64,000 bases of DNA, from NCBI RefSeq assembly GCF_009914755.1, contig NC_060943.1. One strand, given 5' to 3'. The notes under the pieces were generated by a model, which saw only the letters and a program-made list of their open reading frames with translations, did no database searches and had not been told where the DNA came from. The translations under genes and the position numbers were made by a program. Shown here piece after piece: positions 1 through 64,000 of this stretch (position 1 is its first letter; every line of letters starts with the position of its first letter). Source of the DNA: the human T2T-CHM13v2.0 reference genome, Homo sapiens.

Positions 1-267
1 GGGGACCCTACCCAAATCATCCCAGGCAGGTCTAGCTCAGGGGACCCTAACCCAAATCATCCCAGGCAGGTCCAGCTCAGGGGACCCTAACCCAAATCAT
101 CCCAGGCAGGTCCAGCTCAGGGGACCCTAACCCAAATCATCCTAGGCAGGTCCAGCTCAGGGGACCCTAACCCAAATCATCCCAGGCAGGTCCAGCTCAG
201 GGGACCCTAACCCAAATCATCCCAGGCAGGTCCAGGTCAGGGGACCCTAACCCAAATAATCCCAGGA
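1..267. repeat. 40-bp minisatellite in CNN2 intron 1 (at least 6.5 copies, truncated by window start)
   Basis: Unit GGGGACCCTAACCCAAATCATCCCAGGCAGGTCCAGCTCA in phase at 1, 41, 81, 121, 161, 201, 241. Confidence 0.95.
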
Positions 268-379
268 AGAGATGAGGAAGCGGAGGCTGAGTGGGGAGCT
301 GTCCGCGGGAACCTGGGGAGATGGGTGCAGAGCAGGGAGAGGGATTTGATTTTTTTTTTCCTTCTCTCTTTTCTTTCTT

Positions 380-667
380 TTTTTTTTTAAGACAGAGGCT
401 CACTCTGTTCCAGGCTGGAGTGAAGTGGCCCGATCTTGGCTCACTGCCTCCTCTGCCTCCTGGGTTCAAGCGATTCTCCTGCCTCAGCCTCCCAAGTAGC
501 TGGGACTACAGGTGCCCACCACCACGCCCAGCTCATTTTTGTATTTTAGTACAGACGGGATTTCACCATGTGGGCTAGGCCAGTCTCGAACTCCTGACCT
601 CAGATGATCCGCCCGCCTTGGCCTCCCAAAGTGCTGGGATTGTAGGTGTGAGCCACCGCACCCAGCC
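380..667 (-). mobile_element. Alu
   Basis: Poly-T followed by reverse Alu consensus. Confidence 0.9.
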
Positions 668-1014
668 CAAACCCTACTTTATTCTCCCTCCAGCGTTTAT
701 CTCCCGCTCCCGCTACACGACCTGCCCCCATGCTTATGGCCCCCTATACACTTTGCCGTCTGCCTCAGTGCTGTCTCCGCGGTCACTAGTGGCTGGATAG
801 GGACACTCGAGGTCCCCACTGGTGCACACCCACTGCCCAGGAGCACACAGCCCATTCCCCACGGCGGTGTCTCAGAGCACCGAAGGCCAAGAAAGCTGGA
901 ATGGCCGGGTGCAGAAAGGTGGCAGGGAATCGGTGGCAAGGAGCCAGGTGCGTGACTAGAGGCGGTCAGCCTCGGGGGCAGCTCCTTCGGGAGTTGCTAA
1001 GAAGCAGGATGGGG

Positions 1015-1395
<381 letters not shown>

Positions 1396-1739
1396 TCAGG
1401 TGTGATATAGCGGGGAGGTGAGAAGGCAGGGCGGGGAGGCAGATCCGGCCAGGTTTGTCCTGCACCGGGAGTGGATTAGAGCTGATGTTTATCAGTGAGT
1501 TCTAAGCCGGTTGTCGGCCTGCTTGGAGGGCGGTTTATCTGTGCCCGCCTGCAGTGGCTGGGGCGCCCCCAATGATGGGAAAAGGGAGCATCTGCGTGGG
1601 TGTGGTGAGGGGGGACCTCCAGGCCGCTCTATCTGCTGTTGCCCTGGAGTCCCCGGCCCCACCCTCTGCAGAGCTTCTGTGGGGTTCCTGCTGGGGGTGC
1701 CCCCAGCCCAGCTCAGTCTCGTGCCCTTTGCTCCACCAG

Positions 1740-8569
<6,830 letters not shown>

Positions 8570-9259
8570 GGCTCCCAGCACGCTCTCTCCCCACATCGTC
8601 TGCCCATCTGGGTTTTTGGGTTTTTCTGTGTTTTCATCTTTTTTTTTTTTTTCTTAACCCGTTCAGTGCTGCCAGTCAACCAAGGGTCTGTGAGTGTCAG
8701 CGTGGGATCAGGCAGCAGAGCTTTTTTCCCCTTTGCCTTGATCCTTCGCAAGGCTGAGCCACTGGGCTGTGGGGGAAGGGGTCAAGGCCATATCCCAATA
8801 CGTGTAGGGCGAGGGTCCCTGCTGGCACATTCAGGCTGTGCTGGGAAGAAGAGACCTGGGCTTGGAAGGAACCGGTCCCCGACGGTTTCTGCTTGCCTCG
8901 CCTCTTCCCCCTTTTGTCAGCTGAGCAGTTTGTGGTTTCTATGCCCGCAAGTTTCAGGAAGTATTCACAAAAGAAAAATACATTTTTTCCCCCAGGGGTG
9001 GGGCAAGGACAGTGGAGAGAGTGCTAGGAAATGAGTCCCCTGGGAAAGGGGACCGGGCCGTGATGTTAAATATCTCCGGCTCCCAAGTGACTGGATTTGC
9101 CTAGGACCTTCAGACCAACAGACTTCAGACCCTCAGACCTGCCCCGGGGCCAGGTGGAGAAAGTGAGGGCCGTACAAGGAAGTGAAATTCTGAGTTGTTG
9201 GGGCTAAGCCTGACCCCCTCTCCATGCTCCCCGCCCCAACCCACTCTGGCCTCAGTAGA

Positions 9260-9541
9260 TTTTTTTTTCAGTTGTGGTTGTTGCCCAGGCTGGAGTGCAG
9301 TGGCGCCATCTTGGCTCACTGCACCTCCACCTTCCGGGCTCAAGCGATTCTCCAGCCTCAGCCTCCTGAGTAGCTAGGACTGCAGGTGCTCCACCACGCC
9401 CGGCTAATTTTTGTATTTTTAGTAGAGATGGGGTTTCCCCATGTTGGCCAGGCTGGTCTCGAACTCCTGGCCTCAGGTGTGATCCGCCCGCCTCCGCCTC
9501 CCCAAGCGCTGAGATTACAGGTGTGAGCCACCGTGCCCAGC
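9260..9541 (-). mobile_element. Antisense Alu in the CNN2 3'UTR
   Basis: Reverse Alu between stop and AATAAA, flanked by cctcagtag on both sides. Confidence 0.88.
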
Positions 9542-9709
9542 CCCTCAGTAGGTTTTAAGGAGCCCCCAGCCCTCCTCCCTTCTGGGCCCGACCAGCTTAT
9601 ACTGCTCCATCTTCCCCGGCCACATGCCCCGCCAAGTACTGCACAGGGACCCCCCACCCAGGGGACCTGCTCCGTGAGATAATGTGAAATACGACTGTGG
9701 ACCAAACGC

Positions 9710-9715
9710 AATAAA
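9710..9715 (+). terminator. CNN2 polyadenylation signal
   Basis: AATAAA about 1.14 kb after the stop, followed by GT-rich ctctgtttgt. Confidence 0.85.
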
Positions 9716-10399
9716 ACCTCTGTTTGTACGAAGAGAAGGTGGCCAAGAGAGTTGGCGTCGATGAGGGCGTGCTTTGCTTTGATGCTTTTGTGGGGAGAGA
9801 GGAGGTCTTGGGGGATGGGGGGATCAAGGGGAAAATGTCCACCTCACCATTGGGAGGAGGAGCAAAAGCTGAAGCCACAGGTGAGTCTGGGTGGAATGAA
9901 TGATTTGAAGGGCCGGGACTTGGGGTAGAGGGAGAGGCTGGGCTTCCTGGCCATTTGGAGAAGAGGCAGTTCCCTCAAATGCCCCCCATGCGCTTTGGCT
10001 GCACTCTACCTTACAGCGCAAGTCTCGTGGCCTCAGCCTGGATGTCTCCCCGTTGGCGAACTCCTATTTATCCTCAAAGCCCCAACGGCAATGCCACCTC
10101 CTGCCGCGGGAGCCGTCCCCACGCCTCTCACTCTCCCCAGCGCCTTCAAAGCTGTGGACCCACACGCTCCCATTTCAGCTTCACCTCCAGCCTGAAGAGT
10201 TTATTTCAACTCTTCTTCCAGAGTGGGAAACGGGTTTTCCTCAAAATCAGGGTAGCCACTATAATCGGAGACTCTAGAATGTTGGCCCCCTCCCCCTCCT
10301 GCCATCCTCTGCAGAAGCCGAGGAGCGTTCGTGGAATGAATGAATGAACGAATGATCTAGTGGAACCCCTACTTTACAGACGGACGAGTGTAGTCCCAG

Positions 10400-10950
10400 A
10401 GTCTGGACTAAACTAGAGGGAGCCTGGCCAGCCCCGGGGACAGCGGGGACAGAGGGAACTCCTGCAATTCGGAGCTGCGGTATTGCAGCCGGTTATACAA
10501 CGTGGGGAGGCAGCCTGGCTCCCCAAAGACAGCGCAGCCTCGTTCCCGGAGGGCGGCCTGCCTGGGACCTGCCGGGCACTCCGCCACCCTACGGTGATGC
10601 AGCAAGAGCCGCGCGGTCCCTTTAAGAAACCCGGCTAGGCGAGGCCCTTCTGTGATCCCGTCTCCTCCCTTGGCCCGCGCAGCTCCGACGGAGCAGGCCA
10701 GTGAGTGACGGGCAGGTCGCCCAATAGCAGCGTGCAGAGGCAGGGGCGTGCCCCGGCGCTGCTACCTGCGCGGGCAAGCTCAGCGCACTTGGCTTAAGGG
10801 GCGGCGCGCTCCCTGCCTGCTGCTGGGCGGAGGGAAGGCGGCAAGAGCTGCGGAGCCCCTGGAAGGTGAGAAGGACTCGGAGAGGGAAGAAGGCCCGAGA
10901 CTCGAGAATGCGGGGTTGGGGCCGGGAGGGATGCAAGTTCCCTGGGAATT
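10400..10950 (+). promoter_or_regulatory. ABCA7: ABCA7 CpG-island promoter and non-coding exon 1 (donor at 10865/10866)
   Basis: CpG-rich stretch with CCAAT at 10721, GGGGCGTG/GGGGCGG boxes, and donor GAAG|GTGAGA. Confidence 0.75.
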
Positions 10951-12030
10951 AGGGGGTCCAGCCTCTGACCTCCTTCCGGTGAATGTTGACGACGGCTGAA
11001 TTGATCACTGATTCTCAAGGGGGGCATCGGACATCTGGGACCCTTAAGAGGGCCTTTGCCGATCACACACCTGCAGCCCCCTGCCCGTTAGAACTCCTGC
11101 ACTCCCCCTTGCCCCGTCTTACAAATGGAGAAACTGAGCCCACTCCCCCAGATCCTAAGTCCCGCTTGATGTAAAGGAAAGAACCCTGGCGTAAGGGTCT
11201 GGGTCTGAGGTCCCAGTTCCGGCCTGGTCACCTTTAGCAACTTCCTGCCCCTCTGTCAGCGTCAGATTCTCCATCTGTGTCAGAGGTGGACCGGCCCAAG
11301 GAAAATAGATCAGGAATCGCTGACTCCAGGAGTCTCTATCCCAGCCCCTTCGCCTGACTCTTTCTCTGGCTCCCGCGGTCCCTCTGAGCGATTAATGCTA
11401 CATAAGGTGTGGGCAGAGCTGGGGTCGTGCCTCCAGCTGGGCAACTGCCTGTCTCTCTGGGTGCCTGGGTTTGCTTTCTTGGGCCTCGGTTTCCACTTCT
11501 GTAGAGTGGGGTGATAGTCCAGCACTTCCCCTGGGCGTGTGAAATGTCCAGCACTGCCAATATTCGTTGCTGTTATCTTCGGAGAACAGTGAGGGGAAAG
11601 GAATCCTTGCCTGGGCTGGGCCAGGCAGGAGGCTGGGGGTCAGGACCTGGAAGAGGCTTCCAGGTGAGGCTTGGGGTGGAGCCTGGTGACGAAAGCGTTA
11701 AGCCCAAACTCGGTCCCTGGAGGATTAGAGGATGATCTTTAAGTCCCCAGCTGTCAGCCCTGCTCAGAGCGACAGTCCTGGCAGCCAATCAGATGCGAGG
11801 ACGGCTGCGGGTTGCGCTCCCATTGGTTTACTCCACCCCTGGGGTAGCGGAGCCTCTTTATCGAGTGACTACTGTTTGCCTCGCTCTAATCAGAGCTTCC
11901 AGGAACCCTGCGCTGTGGGATAAAGGAATGAGGTTCAGAAAGGGGCAGGGAGTTGCCCGCAGCCGCACCGCACGTCTTCAGCCCGACCGTTGTCCTGACC
12001 TCTCTGTCCCGTCCCCTGCCCAGTCTCACC

Positions 12031-38090
<26,060 letters not shown>

Positions 38091-38199
38091 GCCTCCCTCC
38101 CCTGCGGGGCCGCGGGGAGGCCCTGGGAATGGCAAGGGCAAGGTAGAGTGCCTAGGAGCCCTGGACTCAGGCTGGCAGAGGGGCTGGTGCCCTGGAGAA

Positions 38200-38205
38200 A
38201 ATAAA
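38200..38205 (+). terminator. ABCA7 polyadenylation signal
   Basis: AATAAA 110 nt after the stop; GT-rich element downstream (gtgtgcatgtgtgtcc). Confidence 0.85.
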
Positions 38206-38690
38206 GAGAAGGCTGGAGAGAAGCCGTGCTGGTGAAACCGTGTGCATGTGTGTCCTTGAGCCAGGCTGCACACATGTCCACACAGCTGCCTGCACATGCG
38301 TCTGGATATGGCTGGCCCCTTGCAAGCTGAGTGTGCACATACGGGCCAAGTGGCGATTCATAGGACACAGGTGTGAGCGTGCCTACAGCTGACCGGATCC
38401 CAGCTGTAAATGCCTCTGTGGCCAGCCCAGGAGTTGGGGATGTGAGTGCGGGCCTCATAAGGGCCTGGTCACACCGTCCCTGTCCCCACGTCCCTGCGTG
38501 CCTATGTGGGGCTGGCGCCTAAGGGCGGTACCTGTAAGTGCCTGGCCATAAAGTGGGGATGAGGTCAGGACTCAGGAATGTCCTGGGAAGCTTACAGGAG
38601 CCCGGTGTCCTGGAGCACAGGCCAGGGCCGGGCCAGAAGCCCATCCGACATCCAGCTGACCCTCACCCTCTGACCCCAGCCCTCAGCGCC

Positions 38691-38828
38691 ATGAGTCGGG
38701 GGCAAAGAGTTCTCAAGGGTCTGCTGGGCTGGGTTTGCACTTGGACCTGGGCCTGGAGAGCCAGACTTGGAGCAAGGGGCTGTGGCCTTCATGTCCTGTG
38801 CCCCAGAGATCTGCCCCTCCCACCCGAG
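38691..38828 (+). CDS. ARHGAP45: ARHGAP45 alternative upstream first coding exon (46 aa, MSRGQRVLKG...LPPE)
   Basis: gccATG context, 138 nt, phase-0 donor GAG|GTAGGT compatible with exon 2 at 41079; gives a 1152-aa isoform, a length I recall for isoform 2. Confidence 0.75.
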
Positions 38829-40071
38829 GTAGGTGGGAATGGGGTTTGGGAAAGGAAAGAGGTTGGGGTTTTGGGATTGGGGGTGGGGTTCTGGAAGGGG
38901 ACAGCAGGGAGACTTGGGGAGAGGGGAGAGAGTTCACACTGCGGGGTGGGGGTTGGGGGAAGGTAGGAGGCTGGGATCTGTATGCCTGCAGATGCCCCAG
39001 CTCTTGGCCAATGCCGCCTCAGGCTGTTATCAGCAACGGGTGCCTGCGTCCTGCTGCCCAGCACGTCCGGTGGTCCAGAGTCACTGGAATGCAGCTTGGG
39101 AGGCGGGGCTGGGGACCTTAGCTAAGGGCAGGTCTGGGGCAACATGATATGGCCCACAGGGCTGCTGAGAGGTAACCAGGTGTCCTCAGCATATTCTGCC
39201 GATGGTGGGGTCCACACCACACTTTGGGGACCCCTGTGCAGGCAGCCCAGGACCAGGTGGACGTGGGGACCCAGACGGACGTGGGGACCCAGACGGACAG
39301 GGCCCGGTAACCTGGATTGTTCTGACTTCCTGGACGTCTTTGCCCCCAGGGTTTCGGTTCTGGGCCTCAGTTTCCCCACCTGTCCTCGACCTGACCCACT
39401 TCACGGGGCTGCAGGGCGGGTGATGGGGGGGACCCTACTCTGCCCGGCCCTGCTGGGGCCCGGCCACACCCTAGGGTCTGCAGGAGAGGCGGTGGAGCGG
39501 GCTTGCCTTCAGGGAAAAGGGGGCTGCAGGGGCGCAGCTTCGGCCTGTGCGTGTGTCTGGGGTCTGAGGGCGAGGCTCCAGGAGCTTGGTGGCGTCTGAG
39601 CGCGTGTGGAGGTCCGGGTCTCTGCGTGTCATCGTGCACGTGTCTGTGCACGCCCACTCGCGTCCGGGAGTGAGAGTCAGCGCCCTGCAGTCGGCCGCCC
39701 CGTGCCCGCCAGCGTCAGGCAGGGGCTCCCGGTCCCACCCCGCGAGCGGCGCGGCTCCGAGCTCCCGAAGGCGGAAGCGGGGGGCGCGGCCCGGGGCTGG
39801 GGGCGGGGCCTGCGACCTCACCTTCGCGCCCACTCCGCAGAGCCGCAGGCTGAGGCCGGGAAGGGTCGGGGGCGAGGCCGCGTCGCCGCCTCCCCGAAGC
39901 CTTTTCCTGTTGGGGGGGAGGGCCCGCCAGTGACGGCCGGGCCTGTCACGTGGGCCTGACAGCTGGGGAGGGGGTGGCCGGCGACAATGTGGTCCCGAAG
40001 CGGCCAGCGCCGGGAGCTGCAGCGCTGAGACCCCCAGCCCGCCCCCTCGGGCTCCCGGCCGGGGCCCCATC

Positions 40072-58672
<18,601 letters not shown>

Positions 58673-59273
58673 GCTGGGGTGGGGCTGGGACCACAGGTGG
58701 CTTCTCTCTCGCCTGCTCCTGTCCCTCCAGCACGTCCCCTGCACCACGGCATAGCTTAGGTGCGCCGTCCTGGGGTCGCTGCCGAGAGCGCCTGGACTTC
58801 GACGTCCCACCAGCGGGCGCCTCCTCCCAGAGGCTTCCAGGAGCACGAGGGCCTTGCGGCACAGGACTGTGCCCTGTACTGTCCCCTGCACCCCGGCTCA
58901 GCTGAGCTGGGGAACACTGCTGTCGTGTGAAGTCACAGTGGCCTTGTTGGTGCCCACAGGGCTGTGTGGATGGAGGAAGCTGTCCCTGCCCAGTGCATCC
59001 CCCAGGTCATCACGGGGAAGCAGGAGGCAGGCCCTGCCCTGCCCTCTCCTCACAGGTCTGTTGCAGGGACTCCAGAAACCATTCTGGGAGCCGTGGATGG
59101 GGGCGGAGCTGGGGTTTGGTGCAGTTTCCAGGGTGCAGTACAGCAGGGCCTGAATACTGGCCCTGGACTCCCTTTTCCAGAACACCAGGTGTGGCCACCT
59201 GGGGCTCAGGTACACAGTGGGGTCTCTCGGAAGCCACCGTGTGGTTCTTTCACAGGCACGTTTATTTTGCTGA

Positions 59274-59279
59274 AATAAA
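59274..59279 (+). terminator. ARHGAP45 polyadenylation signal
   Basis: AATAAA about 600 nt after the stop. Confidence 0.85.
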
Positions 59280-59296
59280 AAGTTTTTAATCGGGTG

Positions 59297-59354
59297 TTTT
59301 CTGTGGCAGCTGCAAGCTTAGAAGATTTTCTGTGGCAGCTGCAAGCTTAGAAGA
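59297..59354. repeat. Perfect 29-bp tandem duplication
   Basis: TTTTCTGTGGCAGCTGCAAGCTTAGAAGA at 59297-59325 and 59326-59354. Confidence 0.95.
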
Positions 59355-59659
59355 AGGGGCCAGGGAGGGGACAGAGAGAGCCCCGTGGCGTGGCCCTGGG
59401 CCTCCCCCTAGGGGAGGGATGTGTGAGGAAGGGAACCCCCCGCCACGGGGCCCCGCGAGGTGGGAGCCCGGGTGGTCTTCACCACAGGCTGTGCAGACGG
59501 TCAGGCATCGAATGACCTCGTCACGTCCACCTGCAGCCCAGGGCAGTCCAGGAAAACGTTCTCGATGACGGACGTATCCCCCGGCTCTAAGGTTTCGCAC
59601 GTCAGCCCCACATGGCCACCAAGCACTGGAAACGTGGCCCATGCGCCTGTGGAACTGCA

Positions 59660-60161
<502 letters not shown>

Positions 60162-60829
60162 TGACACACTCTGTCCCCTCCCTCCTCCCCAGCCCTGGGA
60201 ACCCCCATCCCCACCCAACTCCCCAGTCCCGGGAACCCCCATCCTACTTCCAGTCTCTGACGACTCTAGTGACCTCCTAGGAGTGACATCAGTGTTTGTC
60301 CCTTTGGGTCTGGCTTGCTTTGGCCAAGACAATTTTGAAAAAAGTACATTTGGAGAGAAGGGGAAGCACTGTCCCCATCACACACACAGTCCGCGGCCTG
60401 GGGATCTGGGGACCCTGCTGCACAGAACAGTGGGCGCGTTACAGACCACCGACCGCCCGAGGGTGAATTACATCTTAATAAAGCTACTGTGAGAGAACCA
60501 CGTGGCTAGGTTAAACTTGGGCAGGCGAGGCCTTCTGAAATCAGACAGTAAGCAAACGGGGAAGTAGAGCCAGATCCCAAACGTCTGTAAGAGGAACTGG
60601 CCGCAAACCACAGCTGCACAAGCCAGAGAACAACTCCACACCCTCACGGGAAGGGAAGAGACAGACACGCTCACGCCTTACCCAGGAGCACGAAGTGGGA
60701 GGGCAGGGCGAGGGCCTGGGGAGACACTGACCCCTGAAGCCAGCGCGAGGAGGGCACACCTGCCAGGCTGACCTCGTGTGCTTGGGGTGAGGCAAGGCCA
60801 CCTGCTGGAAACCTTGTTAGTCGGCCTGG

Positions 60830-61386
60830 TTTCTGTATCAAGCAAATTTATTTGCTCAAAACATCTTTACCATTTGAAAACACCCAACCTCCTACAACAA
60901 CCGAGAACTCCAGAGCTGGCATCTCGCACCCTGGTGGCTTGAGCGCGTGCATGGCTGTGAATGGAGTAAAGAGCCGAGGCCGGGCGGGGGCCGCCACGCA
61001 TCAGGGCCCCCGAGGGAGGGAAGACGAGGGGTGGAAGGCCGAGGGCCCAGGAGGAAGCAGTGGCTGGTGGGAGACCCGGACCCCAAACCCCCAACAGAGG
61101 GGACCCAGCGTGGTCTGGGTGAAGACCCGGCACCAGCTGCCCCCAGGTGACCTCCCTCTGGGGGCCTTGTTCCTTCTGAGGCTGCATCTCGCACAAATCC
61201 ACAGGTGAATGGGGCGGGCTGGGCCACAGGAAGCCTCACCCCAGGACGGGAGAACGTGGGTGGAGGCCACCTGCCTTGGGGAGTCCAGAGGAGCAGCAGC
61301 CGTGAGAGCTGTGGGGGCCGGATTCTGGCAGGGCAGGGGCGTTTGTCCTGCAGGGATGGGGGTCGCTGTGTGTCCGCCTCTAGGGG
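60830..61386 (-). other. POLR2E: POLR2E non-coding terminal exon (3'UTR) with proximal poly(A) signal at 60852-60847
   Basis: Donor CAG|GTGAGA 14 nt after the stop (62138), acceptor ccctttcctag at 61387, AATAAA on the minus strand. Confidence 0.75.
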
Positions 61387-62151
61387 CTAGGAAAGGGGGA
61401 GAGTGGTCACACGACAGGGGCAGATCCAGTATGCCCAGGACAGCACAACGCCCACCGAACGTGACGGGGTGCGGGAGGCCTGGCAGGAGGCGGCCCAGGC
61501 CGCAGTGCAGAGGCCGGACGGCTCCCTTGTGCCCAGCGGTCACACAGGCGTGGGCAGTAGCTCTGACCTCAAAGGAACCGTGCCAGCGTCAGACCAGGCC
61601 GAGCCCCACCCCTGGGCTGAGTGTGAAGTGGGGCGGCCTGCAGGACAGCAGCTCGCCATGACCAGAGTCCAGGGGAAGCTGGGAGGCTCTCACCATGGGC
61701 AGAGGCTGTCCCGCTCCTGAGACTCCGGCCAGTCCCTCCCAAGGTGCCCACTCAGGGAAGGGTTGGCCTGAAGCTGTGCCTCCTCTCTCAGCTCTGGGGT
61801 CTCTGGGCAGGTTTCTAAACCCTCTTCTGGAAAGTCCCGCCGCACAACTGCCCTGCAGGTGAACGTCTCCTGCTTCTAAGGTGGGTCAGCGGCGGAGAGA
61901 CGCACGCCCCGCGTACCAGGACTCTCCCGTCCAGGCGCACAGCCCCAAGAGCTGCAGCCTACGGTCGGGTGGGGTCTGGGGGTCTGGGGGTGTCCTGGGA
62001 GCGCCTGGTGGCCCAGCTGGGCTGGTGCTAGGAGGGTCTTGCTGCCGGACAAAGCAAGAACAGCCCTGCACACCGACGGAGGGGACGACACCCCTGCCTC
62101 TGACCCCACCTCAGTGCCTGTCCCTCGGCCGTCTCACCTGTCAGGCGGTAG

Positions 62152-63719
<1,568 letters not shown>

Positions 63720-64000
63720 TCAAGCTACCTGGGGCTTACTCGTGTGCCCCAACAACACACCCACGTCGTGAATCAGAAAACCCCACCGCCAGCCCAGGAG
63801 CCTTCAACAGCCCGCCCCTCCCCAGCCTCTCTGCTCATCGAGAGCCTCATCCAGCAGTGAAGTGGCCGTGGAAACTCGGATGTGTTTCCATCCATCACAC
63901 GCTTCCAGGGGCGGCCCTCAGAGCTGGCAGGGCGACCTCTTCCCCATACAGGGGTGCTGCTCTGTGTGGCTGCGTGAACCCCACAGCTGGTGGGCCAGGG

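Noticed and set aside
39255-39300. 18-bp repeat GGACGTGGGGACCCAGAC (about 2.5 copies) and a 19-bp duplicate at 17230-17275
   Set aside because: Short slippage duplications with no evident function.

Overview
GC-rich, Alu-dense mammalian genomic DNA. The translated exons identify it as the human chr19p13.3 cluster CNN2 (+, exons 2-7; exon 1 lies upstream of the window), ABCA7 (+, complete, 2146 aa), ARHGAP45/HMHA1 (+, complete, 1136 aa) and POLR2E (-, last four coding exons plus 3'UTR). All exon chains were rebuilt by hand from GT-AG boundaries and sum to intact reading frames. Notable non-coding structure: the ABCA7 intron-18 25-bp VNTR (about 2.3 kb here, built from splice-donor-like units), a 34/36-bp VNTR in CNN2 intron 4 with a 632-bp higher-order duplication, a 39-bp GC-box minisatellite in ABCA7 intron 42, a 750-bp polypurine tract, a THE1-type solo LTR with intact TSDs, and a U12-type intron in POLR2E. 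This haplotype encodes the HA-1 H epitope (VLHD|DLLEA) across a splice junction whose acceptor is a CAGCAG tandem. I find no evidence for a wholly new gene system. The best leads are splicing, translation and polyadenylation micro-architectures: the NAGNAG inside HA-1, several ARHGAP45 starts, an ABCA7 uORF-switching acceptor, a duplicated exon-21 donor, and a bidirectional poly(A) element. Gene names, exon numbering, rs numbers and reference alleles are from memory and were not checked against databases.
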